Origin: Patescibacteria group bacterium
Lineage (GTDB): Bacteria > Patescibacteriota > Microgenomatia > UBA12405
Assembly (NCBI GenBank): GCA_023380755.1
Contig: JAMCSD010000006.1
Coordinates: 252,735 to 316,734 of the forward strand
DNA length: 64,000 bases
Direction of reading: 5' to 3'
Shown in pieces: positions 9,045 to 17,518 of this stretch. Numbering within the stretch: position 1 is the first letter of the stretch; every line of letters starts with the position of its first letter. Position numbers and translations under genes: made by a program. A model generated the notes under the pieces. That model saw nothing but the letters and a program-made list of their open reading frames with translations, was not told where the DNA came from and ran no database searches.

Positions 9045-9926
9045 ATGAATCTAATGAGCTCTAATCGCTCAAACGTCTTTCTTGAAGAGAAACCTATAAA
9101 ATATCAATTTGGAAGCAGGCCAAAGATGAAAAATTATAACGTCGATAGTATCAAACAATTGTTATCGACTGCCAAAACCGCCCTTGTCGTTATTCCTCAA
9201 ATGAACATAGATGCTGCCGGGGCTGCCCTGGCTTTAGCTTTGGCTTTAAAAAAGGCCAATATCGACACTTCAGTTTATTCTCCCCACAAAACTGATGCTA
9301 ACTATTCTAAACTGAGTGGCTTAGAGCTCATCACTGACTCCTTACCCAGTTCCGACCTGACTATCTCTTTAGAATATCCTCTCGATCAAATTGAAAAAGT
9401 TTCTTATAACGATAACGGCGGCCGTCTTAACCTCGTTGTCCAAACCAAGACTCAGGCCCCCAAAATCCAAAATAATCAAATTATGATCCAGTCCGGCGGC
9501 AGCGCGGCCGACATCTCCTTTATTTTGGGCGACGAATCTGGCCTTGGCCAAAATAGCGCCATTGTTGAGCATGGTAATTGGATCTTTGTCACCCCGGCCA
9601 ATGTTTCCAAAGCTTGGGCCAAAGCTACCCTGTTAGATCCCGATGCTCCCTTCTCGGAAATTTTCACCTTCCTTCTGCCTATGCTGGGCTTAGAAATTGA
9701 CCCTGATTCCGGTAAGGACCTTTTAATCGGTCTTCGGGTGGCCACTCAAAGCTTTTCCGTCAACGTTAGCCCGGAATCCTTCGAGGCTGGCGCCATTTGT
9801 TTACGGGCCACTCAACCCGCTCCCCAGGGCGCTCCGGCTCCTACTCCCATCGAATCAGTCGAAACCGCCCCCCAGTCTAAGTTTCAACCTGGCACCAACA
9901 AGCCCAACCCTAATCCTACCGCCTAA
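9045..9926 (+). CDS. hypothetical protein, possibly a degenerate DHH/NrnA-like fold
   Basis: VVIPQMNIDAAGAALALALALKKANIDTSVY resembles the N-terminal DHH motif region (HxxPDGDAxGSxxAL) but lacks the metal ligands. The tail is low-complexity and Pro/Ala-rich. Confidence 0.4.
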   Translation: MNLMSSNRSNVFLEEKPIKYQFGSRPKMKNYNVDSIKQLLSTAKTALVVIPQMNIDAAGAALALALALKKANIDTSVYSPHKTDANYSKLSGLELITDSLPSSDLTISLEYPLDQIEKVSYNDNGGRLNLVVQTKTQAPKIQNNQIMIQSGGSAADISFILGDESGLGQNSAIVEHGNWIFVTPANVSKAWAKATLLDPDAPFSEIFTFLLPMLGLEIDPDSGKDLLIGLRVATQSFSVNVSPESFEAGAICLRATQPAPQGAPAPTPIESVETAPQSKFQPGTNKPNPNPTA

Positions 9927-9932
9927 AAGTTG

Positions 9933-9941
9933 TGGTATAAC
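9933..9941 (+). promoter_or_regulatory. extended -10-like element (TGgTATAAC) 5 nt upstream of the ATG at 9947
   Basis: The TG is at 9933-9934 and TATAAC at 9936-9941. The spacing implies a leaderless transcript. Confidence 0.4.
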
Positions 9942-9946
9942 TACCC

Positions 9947-10243
9947 ATGGAACGTTCTCAATATCAATTTGATATAAAACGTTTCTGCCCCTACCTCAAA
10001 GCCCAGGCTGATGCTGTTCCCCAGGTAATTGCCTTAAATCCCAAAGAGGGGAGTCGCGGTAGTACCGTCTGTGCCCACCCGCCCTACCTGGACCCCGCCT
10101 GTATCCGGAAAAATGTCTCGGCCGAGATTTTAAGCGATCGCATGTTGCCCGCTGCCACAGATCAAATTGAAATTCGTTGCCTCGGCTGCCGGGATTTACC
10201 TCAGGGTTTTTGTAAAATTGCCGAGCGTTCCCGAATCGAATAG
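9947..10243 (+). CDS. hypothetical Cys-containing small protein
   Basis: 98-aa ORF with 6 Cys (FCPY...C...C...RCLGC...FC). A -10 box lies directly upstream. No family recognised. Confidence 0.45.
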   Translation: MERSQYQFDIKRFCPYLKAQADAVPQVIALNPKEGSRGSTVCAHPPYLDPACIRKNVSAEILSDRMLPAATDQIEIRCLGCRDLPQGFCKIAERSRIE

Positions 10244-10249
10244 CCTTTA

Positions 10250-10258
10250 TGGTATAAT
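10250..10258 (+). promoter_or_regulatory. extended -10 promoter (TGgTATAAT) for rpsO
   Basis: Perfect TATAAT (10253-10258) with an upstream TG. It would give an rpsO 5' UTR of about 70 nt. Confidence 0.5.
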
Positions 10259-10334
10259 CTTAGCCTAGACTTAATTCGGTTTCTCATCCGCCAAGTTGAG
10301 ATATTAATTTTTCACTGAAATAAGTCAGCATAAA

Positions 10335-10604
10335 ATGGCTTTAAATAAAGACGAAAAAGAAGCGATTATTAAACAGTTCTCCCAAGGTAAGGGTGATACC
10401 GGTTCTCCCGAAGTTCAAGTAGCCCTTCTTTCCAAGGAAATCGAGAAGCTTCAAGGACATCTTGATCTCAATAAACATGACGTTCCTGGTAAGCGCGGAC
10501 TTTTGGCCAAAATTGCCAAGCGCCGCCGTCTTTTACGCTACCTTTCCGCCCACAATGCGGACCGCTATCAACATCTCATTAAAGGGTTAAATCTCAAGAA
10601 ATAA
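10335..10604 (+). CDS. rpsO: 30S ribosomal protein S15
   Basis: 89 aa. Contains GDTGSPEVQVALLS..I..L..H and HDVPGKRGLL...RRRLLRYL. Confidence 0.97.
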   Translation: MALNKDEKEAIIKQFSQGKGDTGSPEVQVALLSKEIEKLQGHLDLNKHDVPGKRGLLAKIAKRRRLLRYLSAHNADRYQHLIKGLNLKK

Positions 10605-10624
10605 GCCCAATAGCTACATAAGCC

Positions 10625-10681
10625 CATCATTCCGAATTTATTTGAGTGTCTAGTTGGCTTTCAAATAAGTTCAGGATGATG
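10625..10681 (+). promoter_or_regulatory. long imperfect hairpin in the rpsO-pnp spacer (candidate RNase III processing/autoregulatory stem)
   Basis: Positions 10625-10646 pair with 10660-10681 (about 21 of 22 positions, including G-U pairs and one C/A mismatch) around a loop of about 13 nt. No T-run follows. Confidence 0.55.
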
Positions 10682-10745
10682 TAAGCCTGCTTGAGAGGGA
10701 ATTCTGCTGATGGGGTAATATTAATTATTAGAAAAGTAACTTTGT

Positions 10746-12929
10746 ATGAATCATCAAGTCAAAGAAATTGCTTATGGTCACGACACCATAAAGTTAGAAT
10801 TTAACCGCCTGGCCCCCCAAACCAATGCTTCGGTGGTCGCCACCATGGGGAAAACCGTCGTTTTAGCCACGGTTATTGCCGGTAAGCTCGACGAAACCCG
10901 GGATTATTTCCCCTTGTCCGTCGAGTTCATGGATAAGCTTTACGCCGGTGGTCTCATCAAGGGGGGTAAATGGGTCAAACGTGAAGGTGGCCAATCCGAT
11001 GCCTCCGTCCTTTTTAGCCGTATTATCGACCGTTCCATCCGTCCACTTTTCCCCCATGGCTTTCAACAGGAAGTCCAAGTTATCGCTACTCTTTTGTCCA
11101 ACGACAAAGACTCTGACGCCGTGACTACTGCCTTTGCCGCCGCGGCTGCTGCCCTGACCATTTCCGACATTCCGTTCAATGGTCCGGTTTCCGCCGTTCG
11201 GGTGGCCAAAGTTGACGGTCAGCTTAAAGCTAACCCTACCTTATCAGAATTAAAAGCCTCCGATCTTGACTTGCTAGTTTGCACCGGCCCCGCTGGTGTC
11301 AACATGATTGAGGCTGGTGCCAATATTGTGGACAACGATACCATGCTTTCGGCCATTACTTTAGCCAAAGAGACTGGTGACCAAATCAATAGCGAGATCG
11401 CCCAAATCGCCAAAGAATTGGGTAAAGAAAAATTTGCTTATGAACCCTTTGCTCCCTCTGCTGAACTGATTAAAGAAGTCAAAGGTATTATAGAAAAAGA
11501 TATTGACGAATTCTTGGGTCATGGCCAAGATCTTAATGCCGGCAAAGCCGAAGAAAAAATCTTTAAGAAGGTCGAAGAAGCTTTTGCTGACCGGATCAAA
11601 GCCGAGGAAGTAAATCCCAATTTGGTTAAAGCCGCTTTTGAAGAATTAGTCAAAAATGATTTCCGTGCCCGGGTTCTTAAGGGTTACCGTTTTGATGGTC
11701 GGAAACACGACGAAATCCGTCCGCTTCACATTGAGGCTGGCGTCCTCCCTTGTACTCATGGTTCGGCTCTCTTTCAGCGGGGCTTAACCCAGGCGGTGAC
11801 TGTCACCACCCTCAGTTCTTTAGCAGAACAGCAATATTTACAGGACAGTTACGGTGAAGTTACTAAGCGTTATATTCACTATTATTCGGCTATGCCCTTC
11901 TCCACCGGGGAGACCGGTAAGGTCGGCCGTCCTGGTCGCCGCGAAATCGGTCATGGCGCCCTGGCGGAAAAAGCTTTAGTCCCCGTCATTCCTTCCGAAG
12001 CTGAGTTCCCTTATACCATTGTGGTGACCTCCGAAATCATGTCCCAAAACGGTTCTTCTTCCATGGCTTCCACCTGCGGTTCCACTCTCTCCTTGATGGA
12101 CGCCGGTGTGCCCATCAAAGATAAAGTCGCCGGTATTTCCGTGGGTATGGTCTCCGATGGCGATGAAAAATATGCGCTCTTAACCGATATCGCCGGTATT
12201 GAAGATCACAACGGTGACATGGACTTTAAAATCACTGGGACTCATACTGGCATCACCGCCATTCAACTGGACATTAAACGCCAAGGTTTAACCCTCCAAA
12301 TGATTGCCGACACCTTTGTGGCCAGCACCAAAGCCCGGTTGTTTATTTTGGATCAAATGGAAAAGGTGATCACTGCTCCCCGAACCACTCTTTCCACCTA
12401 TGCTCCCAAGATCAAACTGGTGAGGTTGCCGGAGGAAAAAATTGGTGAAGTTATCGGTAGCGGTGGCAAAACTATTAAAGCCCTCATGCAAAAATATGGC
12501 GTCCAAATCGATATTGATGATCTGGGTAATGCCTCTATTTCTGCCGTAGAACAGGATAAAATAGATGCTGCAGCTTATGAAATCGAATCGATGATCAAAG
12601 AAGTCCAGGTCGGCGAAGAATACGATGGCATCGTCACCCGCGTGGAACCATTTGGCGCATTTATTGAATTCTTACCCGGTCGCGAAGCTCTGCTTCACGT
12701 TTCCGAAATGACTGGCGGTTTCCTTAAGGATCCCACCACTATCATCAAAATAGGCGACAAGCTCAAGGTTAAAATCAGCGGCTTTAACGACAATCACCAG
12801 ATCAAGTTAGCTGCTCCGGAATTTAAAGCGGCTCACCCCGGCGAACCCCGGACCGAAACCAATCGGACCGAATTCCGCCCCGGCGGTTTCCGTAACTTCC
12901 AGTCAGGCCCCCGCCGCTTTGGCCGGTAA
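10746..12929 (+). CDS. pnp: polyribonucleotide nucleotidyltransferase (PNPase)
   Basis: 727 aa. Two RNase PH domains, a KH domain (IGEVIGSGGKTIK) and an S1 domain (GIVTRVEPFGAFIEF). Confidence 0.97.
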   Translation: MNHQVKEIAYGHDTIKLEFNRLAPQTNASVVATMGKTVVLATVIAGKLDETRDYFPLSVEFMDKLYAGGLIKGGKWVKREGGQSDASVLFSRIIDRSIRPLFPHGFQQEVQVIATLLSNDKDSDAVTTAFAAAAAALTISDIPFNGPVSAVRVAKVDGQLKANPTLSELKASDLDLLVCTGPAGVNMIEAGANIVDNDTMLSAITLAKETGDQINSEIAQIAKELGKEKFAYEPFAPSAELIKEVKGIIEKDIDEFLGHGQDLNAGKAEEKIFKKVEEAFADRIKAEEVNPNLVKAAFEELVKNDFRARVLKGYRFDGRKHDEIRPLHIEAGVLPCTHGSALFQRGLTQAVTVTTLSSLAEQQYLQDSYGEVTKRYIHYYSAMPFSTGETGKVGRPGRREIGHGALAEKALVPVIPSEAEFPYTIVVTSEIMSQNGSSSMASTCGSTLSLMDAGVPIKDKVAGISVGMVSDGDEKYALLTDIAGIEDHNGDMDFKITGTHTGITAIQLDIKRQGLTLQMIADTFVASTKARLFILDQMEKVITAPRTTLSTYAPKIKLVRLPEEKIGEVIGSGGKTIKALMQKYGVQIDIDDLGNASISAVEQDKIDAAAYEIESMIKEVQVGEEYDGIVTRVEPFGAFIEFLPGREALLHVSEMTGGFLKDPTTIIKIGDKLKVKISGFNDNHQIKLAAPEFKAAHPGEPRTETNRTEFRPGGFRNFQSGPRRFGR

Positions 12930-12963
12930 CCTTTCCTAATAAAATTCGCTATACTGATAACAA

Positions 12964-14025
12964 ATGGTATCCATTGCCCTGGATATAAATCAGGAAATCC
13001 AAAAATTAATTGACCGGGCCGCCGCCGCTCAACTGCCTGATGGCCTGCGCGATAAACTCGAAGAATTATTCCAACAGCTGCGGGTTAACGCCAATTCCGA
13101 AACTACCTTTTGGGAAAATTACCAACGGACTGCCAGCTATATTGACTGGATTACCAATTTGCCCTGGAACAAATCCAGTCAGGATATTCTTGACGTCAAT
13201 TACACCCGCGAAAAACTGGATGCCAACCACTATGGCCTCGATACTATTAAGGATCGGATTATTGAGTACATTTCCGTCTTAGCTCTGCAAAAGGCTCGCC
13301 ATCCGGGTGAAAAAATGCGGGCTCCGGTGATTCTTTTTCAAGGTCTGGTCGGTACCGGCAAAACGACTATGGCTAAATCTATTGCCGATGTTATGGGACG
13401 AAAATTAATCCGTATTCCTTTTGGCGGTTTGGGCGACCCCTTATACCTTCGCGGCCAATCGCGGATTTACCCTGAAGCTGAACCGGGGATCATTGTTCGG
13501 GGGTTGCGTGATGTCGGAGTCAATAATCCCGTTATTTTGCTTGATGAAATCGACCGGGTGGCCGACAGCGCCCTCAACACTATCATGGGAGTTCTGGTGG
13601 AACTCCTGGATCCGGAACAAAATAATAAGTTTACGGATCATTACATTGATTACCCTTTCGATCTTTCCCAGGCCTTCTTTGTGGCCACCTGCAATAATAC
13701 TACCCGCATCGCTACCGCTGTTATGGACCGCTTAGAGCTTATCCAAATGCCCTCTTATACCGACGATGAAAAAATTAATATCGGCCAGAAATATCTTTTC
13801 CCCCGCGCCCTCCAAGATGCCGGCCTAACCGCTTCCGAGCTTCAAATCAGCGACCGTATCTGGCTTCAGGTCGTCCGCCCCTTGGGTTTTGATGCCGGCG
13901 TTCGGACCTTAAAACGGAACATCGAAGGCTTATGCCGCAAAACTGCCGCTTTAATTTTTGAAGGCAAGGTCAAAAAAGTAGTAGTGGACGAATCAAATAT
14001 TAAGGAATTCATGCCCCAATGGTAA
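12964..14025 (+). CDS. Lon-family AAA+ ATPase module without an S16 protease domain
   Basis: Collinear by eye with the E. coli Lon segment YIDW..PW...HYGL..KDRI.EY. Walker A is GLVGTGKTT, then GGLGDPLYLRGQSRIY, Walker B NPVILLDEIDRV, ELLDPEQNNKFTDHY, MDRLELIQMPSYTDDEK and AGVRTLKRNIEGLCRK. The ORF stops where the protease domain would begin. Confidence 0.8.
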   Translation: MVSIALDINQEIQKLIDRAAAAQLPDGLRDKLEELFQQLRVNANSETTFWENYQRTASYIDWITNLPWNKSSQDILDVNYTREKLDANHYGLDTIKDRIIEYISVLALQKARHPGEKMRAPVILFQGLVGTGKTTMAKSIADVMGRKLIRIPFGGLGDPLYLRGQSRIYPEAEPGIIVRGLRDVGVNNPVILLDEIDRVADSALNTIMGVLVELLDPEQNNKFTDHYIDYPFDLSQAFFVATCNNTTRIATAVMDRLELIQMPSYTDDEKINIGQKYLFPRALQDAGLTASELQISDRIWLQVVRPLGFDAGVRTLKRNIEGLCRKTAALIFEGKVKKVVVDESNIKEFMPQW

Positions 14026-14729
14026 TTAAATATCCTTTTATTGCTTCCGTTTTGGTCTCCATCGCCTTTGTAATCTTACTAATGTCTATTCGTCCAATCC
14101 TGCCGGAATATCGCACTACCATGGGCGGCCAGATTGTTTTTATTACCCCTACTCCCGAACCGCCCGTGGCGACTCCCACCCCTACCGCTTCTCTCGCCAA
14201 GCTTTACACCGATGCTGAATTAAAAAGAGAAATTGAAAAATTGACGGATTATAAAGAAAACAAATCTGATGATCGTCAATGGATGGACGGTTTTTGCAGT
14301 GACAAATATTTTCCGGTAATCAGCCGGGGAGCGATTGCCGAAAAAGATATTTCCGGTCAACAATTTTTCTTAACCCCCAACTACTTTAAGTGGACCGATG
14401 CTCAGGTCAAAGATTTTAACCTTCATCCCGAGAAGTTTATTTGTGCTATTGGGGGAATTGTTCCTCTAAAAACCTACTCTAACCGTATCCTTTGGAAAAA
14501 CTTTAACCCCTGTGGTGCTGTTGGCCCCGATCACCCCGACCCGGGTTTTAATCAGTGCGTCACTGTTAGCCAACAAGTTGATCGGCTTTACGGCTTACTT
14601 CAATGTCCGACCACTGACTGGGTCAACTGTATGCCCTCAACTGACCAGAAACCCCGGCCGCAGTGTCAGCCAGACTTTTTACAATGGGCTACCAAAAATT
14701 GTCCGAATTTCAAAGGTGCCGCATTATAA
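14019..14729 (+). CDS. membrane-anchored or secreted Cys-rich hypothetical protein
   Basis: 236 aa. N-terminal TM helix, a Pro/Thr linker, and 8 Cys in the C-terminal part. No family recognised. Confidence 0.6.
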   Translation: MVIKYPFIASVLVSIAFVILLMSIRPILPEYRTTMGGQIVFITPTPEPPVATPTPTASLAKLYTDAELKREIEKLTDYKENKSDDRQWMDGFCSDKYFPVISRGAIAEKDISGQQFFLTPNYFKWTDAQVKDFNLHPEKFICAIGGIVPLKTYSNRILWKNFNPCGAVGPDHPDPGFNQCVTVSQQVDRLYGLLQCPTTDWVNCMPSTDQKPRPQCQPDFLQWATKNCPNFKGAAL

Positions 14730-14737
14730 AATTATAT

Positions 14738-15121
14738 ATGTCTGCCAATCTCAAAAAACAGCCCGGTTTGCCTTTTGTGGGAAACTCTGGTAAACTTCTT
14801 CACAAGCTTTTACAGTCGATAAAACTGAATCGGTCCGAAGTGTTTATTGCCAACATCTTTAAGCATCGACCTCCTGGAAACCGTAATCCATTACCCGACG
14901 AAATTAGCGTTTGCCCGTCTTATTTGAAAGCTCAATTAAAAATTATAATACCCAAAATTGTCATTACCTTGGGTCGGTTTGCGAAAAATTTTATTCCCGT
15001 CGAATCGATTACCCGCCTCCGGGGTCAAATCAGATCAGTAGTCTGGCAGGATCTTCTGTTAACCATTATTCCTGTTTATCACCCCCCGGTCGGCTTCAAA
15101 AACTATTGGCAAATTTTTTAG
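14738..15121 (+). CDS. uracil-DNA glycosylase family 4-like, N-terminally truncated and possibly degenerate
   Basis: GLPFVGNSGKLLHKLLQSI...VFIANIFKHRPPGNRNPLPDEI..C.PYL..QL.II.PKIVITLGRFA...VYHP matches the central and C-terminal UDG4 pattern. The N-terminal Cys ligands and the GE(A/G)PG catalytic motif are missing, and the preceding gene ends at 14729. Confidence 0.6.
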   Translation: MSANLKKQPGLPFVGNSGKLLHKLLQSIKLNRSEVFIANIFKHRPPGNRNPLPDEISVCPSYLKAQLKIIIPKIVITLGRFAKNFIPVESITRLRGQIRSVVWQDLLLTIIPVYHPPVGFKNYWQIF

Positions 15122-15143
15122 GTAGAATTTAATTATCATTATT

Positions 15144-16928
15144 ATGGAAAACAAATTTAAAAATCAAAGTAATTTTAAGCCTGTTTATCAACCTCCGCAA
15201 AAAAAATTTAGTGCCGTACCTTCTCAGGTCAGGCATTTTAATGCCGGTCGTGACCAAATGCGGATTTGTTCACTCGGCGGCTTTGGCGATGTCACCCAAA
15301 ACATGTTCGTCTATGAGTTTGCTGCCAACAGCGAGTGGGATAAAAGCCAAATCATCCTGGTCGATTGTGGTGTCGGTTTCCCCGAAGAGGATACTTTTGG
15401 GGTTGATCTCCAAATTCCTGATACCAAATACTTGGAAGATAAAAAAGACCGTATATTGGGTCTATTCATTACTCACGGCCATGAAGACCACATTGGTGCC
15501 GTCCGCTACATCTTACCCATTATTGGCAAAAACGTTCCCGTTTATGCCCCCAAACTCGCTGCCGCCTTTATTGAAGCCCGTCTTGCTGAAAATGACCAGC
15601 GGGCTAATTTGACTGTTTACGAAGATAATCAGGTCATTAACAGAGGTCCGTTTACTGTTGAGCCGGTCCGGGTTACTCACTCTATACCCGATACCTTCCA
15701 TTTGGCTGTTACTACTCCCATCGGCACTTTTTACCATGGTTCGGATTTTAAATTCGACCTCTTTCCTATGGATGGCAAACATGCCGATCTTCCCAAGATT
15801 GCCGAAATCGGCCGCCGCAATGTGGTCTGCTTAATGTCTGACTGTTTGGGTGCCGACCACGAAGGCTTTTCTCCCTCGGAAAGGACGATTGCCGAAAATT
15901 TTGAGTACGAAATCAAAACGGCCAAAGGCCGCGTTTTTGTCACCTCCATTTCCAGTAATATAGTCCGCTGGGGCCAGGCCATTGATTATGCCAAACGCTC
16001 CGGACGGAAGGTGGTTGTCGTCGGTTTTTCCGTTGATCGGGCCATTCATATCGCCAAGGATTTTGGTTATATCAACCTTACCGATGCTGATATTGTCGAC
16101 GTAGAGCGGGTTAAGAATTTTGCCGACAACAAATTGATCTTCTTGGTGGCGGGCTTTGCCGGTCAACCGGAATCGGCTTTAGCCAAAATGGTCATGGGCA
16201 AACACCGCATTAAGATTAAGTCTGGTGATAAAGTCATCTTTTCTTCACCGGATTACATTCCCGGAACGACCTCGGGAATTTACACCATGATTGATAACCT
16301 GTCTAAGTTGGGTGCCGAAGTCGTTTATGGCGAGAAAGAAGAACTGCATGTTTCTGGCCATGGTTACCAAAAAGAGCATGCCCTTTTAATTCGGCTTTTA
16401 AACCCCCGCTTTTTACTGCCGATTGGTGGTAATTACCGCCACATCAAAAGTTACCAGGCAATGGCTCGGACCATGGGCTATCAGGAATCCAGCTTTATTA
16501 CTCCGGATTATGACTCCGCGGTGACCTTTTCCAACAACGGTACCAAGGCCGATGTTTCTTTCCACATTCCCATGCGCAAGGTTTTAATCGATGGCTTGGG
16601 GGTGGGGGATGTTGGCACCACCGTTTTGCGTGACCGGAAAGCTTTAGCCGAAGATGGCATGTTTTCTGTCGTTATTCTCGTGGATACCGTCCACAATACC
16701 ATGGTTAAAGACCCCATTGTCTTAAGCCGGGGCTTCGTCTTTATGAAAGAAAATACCGACCTGATCGAGTATCTCAAAAAAGAAACCAAAGCCAAGGCAA
16801 CCGAAGCCATGGGCAATCCTCTTAATATGGACTATATTCGGGAGCAGGTCCAAGGCCATCTGGAGAATTTAATCCTGGAAAAAACCGGCCGCCAGCCGAT
16901 GGTTCTGCCGTTAGTAATTGAAGTCTAA
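15144..16928 (+). CDS. rnj: ribonuclease J
   Basis: 594 aa. Metallo-beta-lactamase motif ITHGHEDHIGA, a beta-CASP region and the C-terminal domain. Confidence 0.9.
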   Translation: MENKFKNQSNFKPVYQPPQKKFSAVPSQVRHFNAGRDQMRICSLGGFGDVTQNMFVYEFAANSEWDKSQIILVDCGVGFPEEDTFGVDLQIPDTKYLEDKKDRILGLFITHGHEDHIGAVRYILPIIGKNVPVYAPKLAAAFIEARLAENDQRANLTVYEDNQVINRGPFTVEPVRVTHSIPDTFHLAVTTPIGTFYHGSDFKFDLFPMDGKHADLPKIAEIGRRNVVCLMSDCLGADHEGFSPSERTIAENFEYEIKTAKGRVFVTSISSNIVRWGQAIDYAKRSGRKVVVVGFSVDRAIHIAKDFGYINLTDADIVDVERVKNFADNKLIFLVAGFAGQPESALAKMVMGKHRIKIKSGDKVIFSSPDYIPGTTSGIYTMIDNLSKLGAEVVYGEKEELHVSGHGYQKEHALLIRLLNPRFLLPIGGNYRHIKSYQAMARTMGYQESSFITPDYDSAVTFSNNGTKADVSFHIPMRKVLIDGLGVGDVGTTVLRDRKALAEDGMFSVVILVDTVHNTMVKDPIVLSRGFVFMKENTDLIEYLKKETKAKATEAMGNPLNMDYIREQVQGHLENLILEKTGRQPMVLPLVIEV

Positions 16929-17146
16929 TGACCAAAATTCTGACTCTCTTTCGCTATCTTTTTGGCGCTTATGCCCTGCTGGTCAGTTTTTCCAGCCTCC
17001 TGCACCACCTCTCCATTTGGGCCATTCTTTTCTTCGCCTGTTTAGGCTTTTATATTCTGCCCCTGAAAGTCGGAAAATGGCGCTATCTTCTTATCGGCGG
17101 TATCGCCCTTTCCCTTTTGATGGGGTTGAAAAACCAAGTAATTTAA
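16928..17146 (+). CDS. small hydrophobic membrane protein (hypothetical)
   Basis: 72 aa with 2-3 TM helices. Its ATG overlaps the rnj stop (TAATG). Confidence 0.5.
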   Translation: MTKILTLFRYLFGAYALLVSFSSLLHHLSIWAILFFACLGFYILPLKVGKWRYLLIGGIALSLLMGLKNQVI

Positions 17147-17151
17147 AACCC

Positions 17152-17160
17152 TGCTATAAT
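17152..17160 (+). promoter_or_regulatory. extended -10 promoter (TGcTATAAT) of the T-box leader
   Basis: Perfect TGnTATAAT 6 nt after the preceding stop codon. Confidence 0.5.
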
Positions 17161-17166
17161 AAGCCA

Positions 17167-17302
17167 ATAAAAGCGAAGACACGGCTTCCCACCGTCGAGC
17201 TGATCCAGGGTCGCAACTGGGTCCGGAACTGAACCGTATAAATTCACCAGAGTAAAAACCAAGGTGGTACCACGACAAAGCTCGTCCTTGACGGGCTTTT
17301 TT
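17167..17302 (+). promoter_or_regulatory. T-box riboswitch leader, probably proline-specific
   Basis: AACCAAGGUGGUACCACG (17257-17274) has one mismatch to the T-box core GGUGGNACCGCG. It can pair with the 5' half of the downstream terminator. A Stem I-like hairpin GAUCCAG-GGUCGCAA-CUGGGUC is present. GAA-CCG (17231-17236) is a candidate specifier context, and proS lies downstream. Confidence 0.7.
17280..17302 (+). terminator. T-box terminator hairpin
   Basis: GCUCGUC (17280-17286) pairs with GACGGGC (17290-17296), including one G-U pair, followed by U6 (17297-17302). Confidence 0.65.
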
Positions 17303-17314
17303 GTTATCAAAATT

Positions 17315-17518
17315 ATGACCACCGAAAAAGAACAGTTTCGCCAATTACAGCAGACCCAACACTGCCTTCGTGAAAATTTAAGGGAAAAATTGGCCGTCTA
17401 TGGCGAAGAACGTCCGGTTACCGACCCTTCAATTATTGCCTTAAGTGAAGAAATTGCCCGCAATAAAGAGCTTTTATCTGCTCTCCAGCAACGTTTAACC
17501 ATTACTACGTTACAATAA
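17315..17518 (+). CDS. small helical protein (67 aa), weak Spo0E-like resemblance
   Basis: The ATG at 17315 lies just after the T-box terminator, and the stop is 3 nt before proS. LRENLREKL....G...VTDPSIIALSEEI resembles the Spo0E-family helix-turn-helix pattern, but the SQELD signature is not conserved. Confidence 0.45.
   Translation: MTTEKEQFRQLQQTQHCLRENLREKLAVYGEERPVTDPSIIALSEEIARNKELLSALQQRLTITTLQ

Noticed and set aside
10259-10334. Small hairpins in the rpsO 5' UTR (TCTCA...TGAGA; CTGA...TCAG), considered as a possible S15 autoregulatory pseudoknot.
   Set aside because: The stems are only 4-5 bp and occur in AT-rich sequence. This is too weak to call by eye.
16918-17314. 104-aa ORF (16918-17232) and the GTG-initiated extension (17264) of the small ORF upstream of proS.
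   Set aside because: Both run through the T-box leader and terminator, whose RNA signals explain the sequence better. The GTG at 17264 is part of the conserved GGUGGUACC T-box core.
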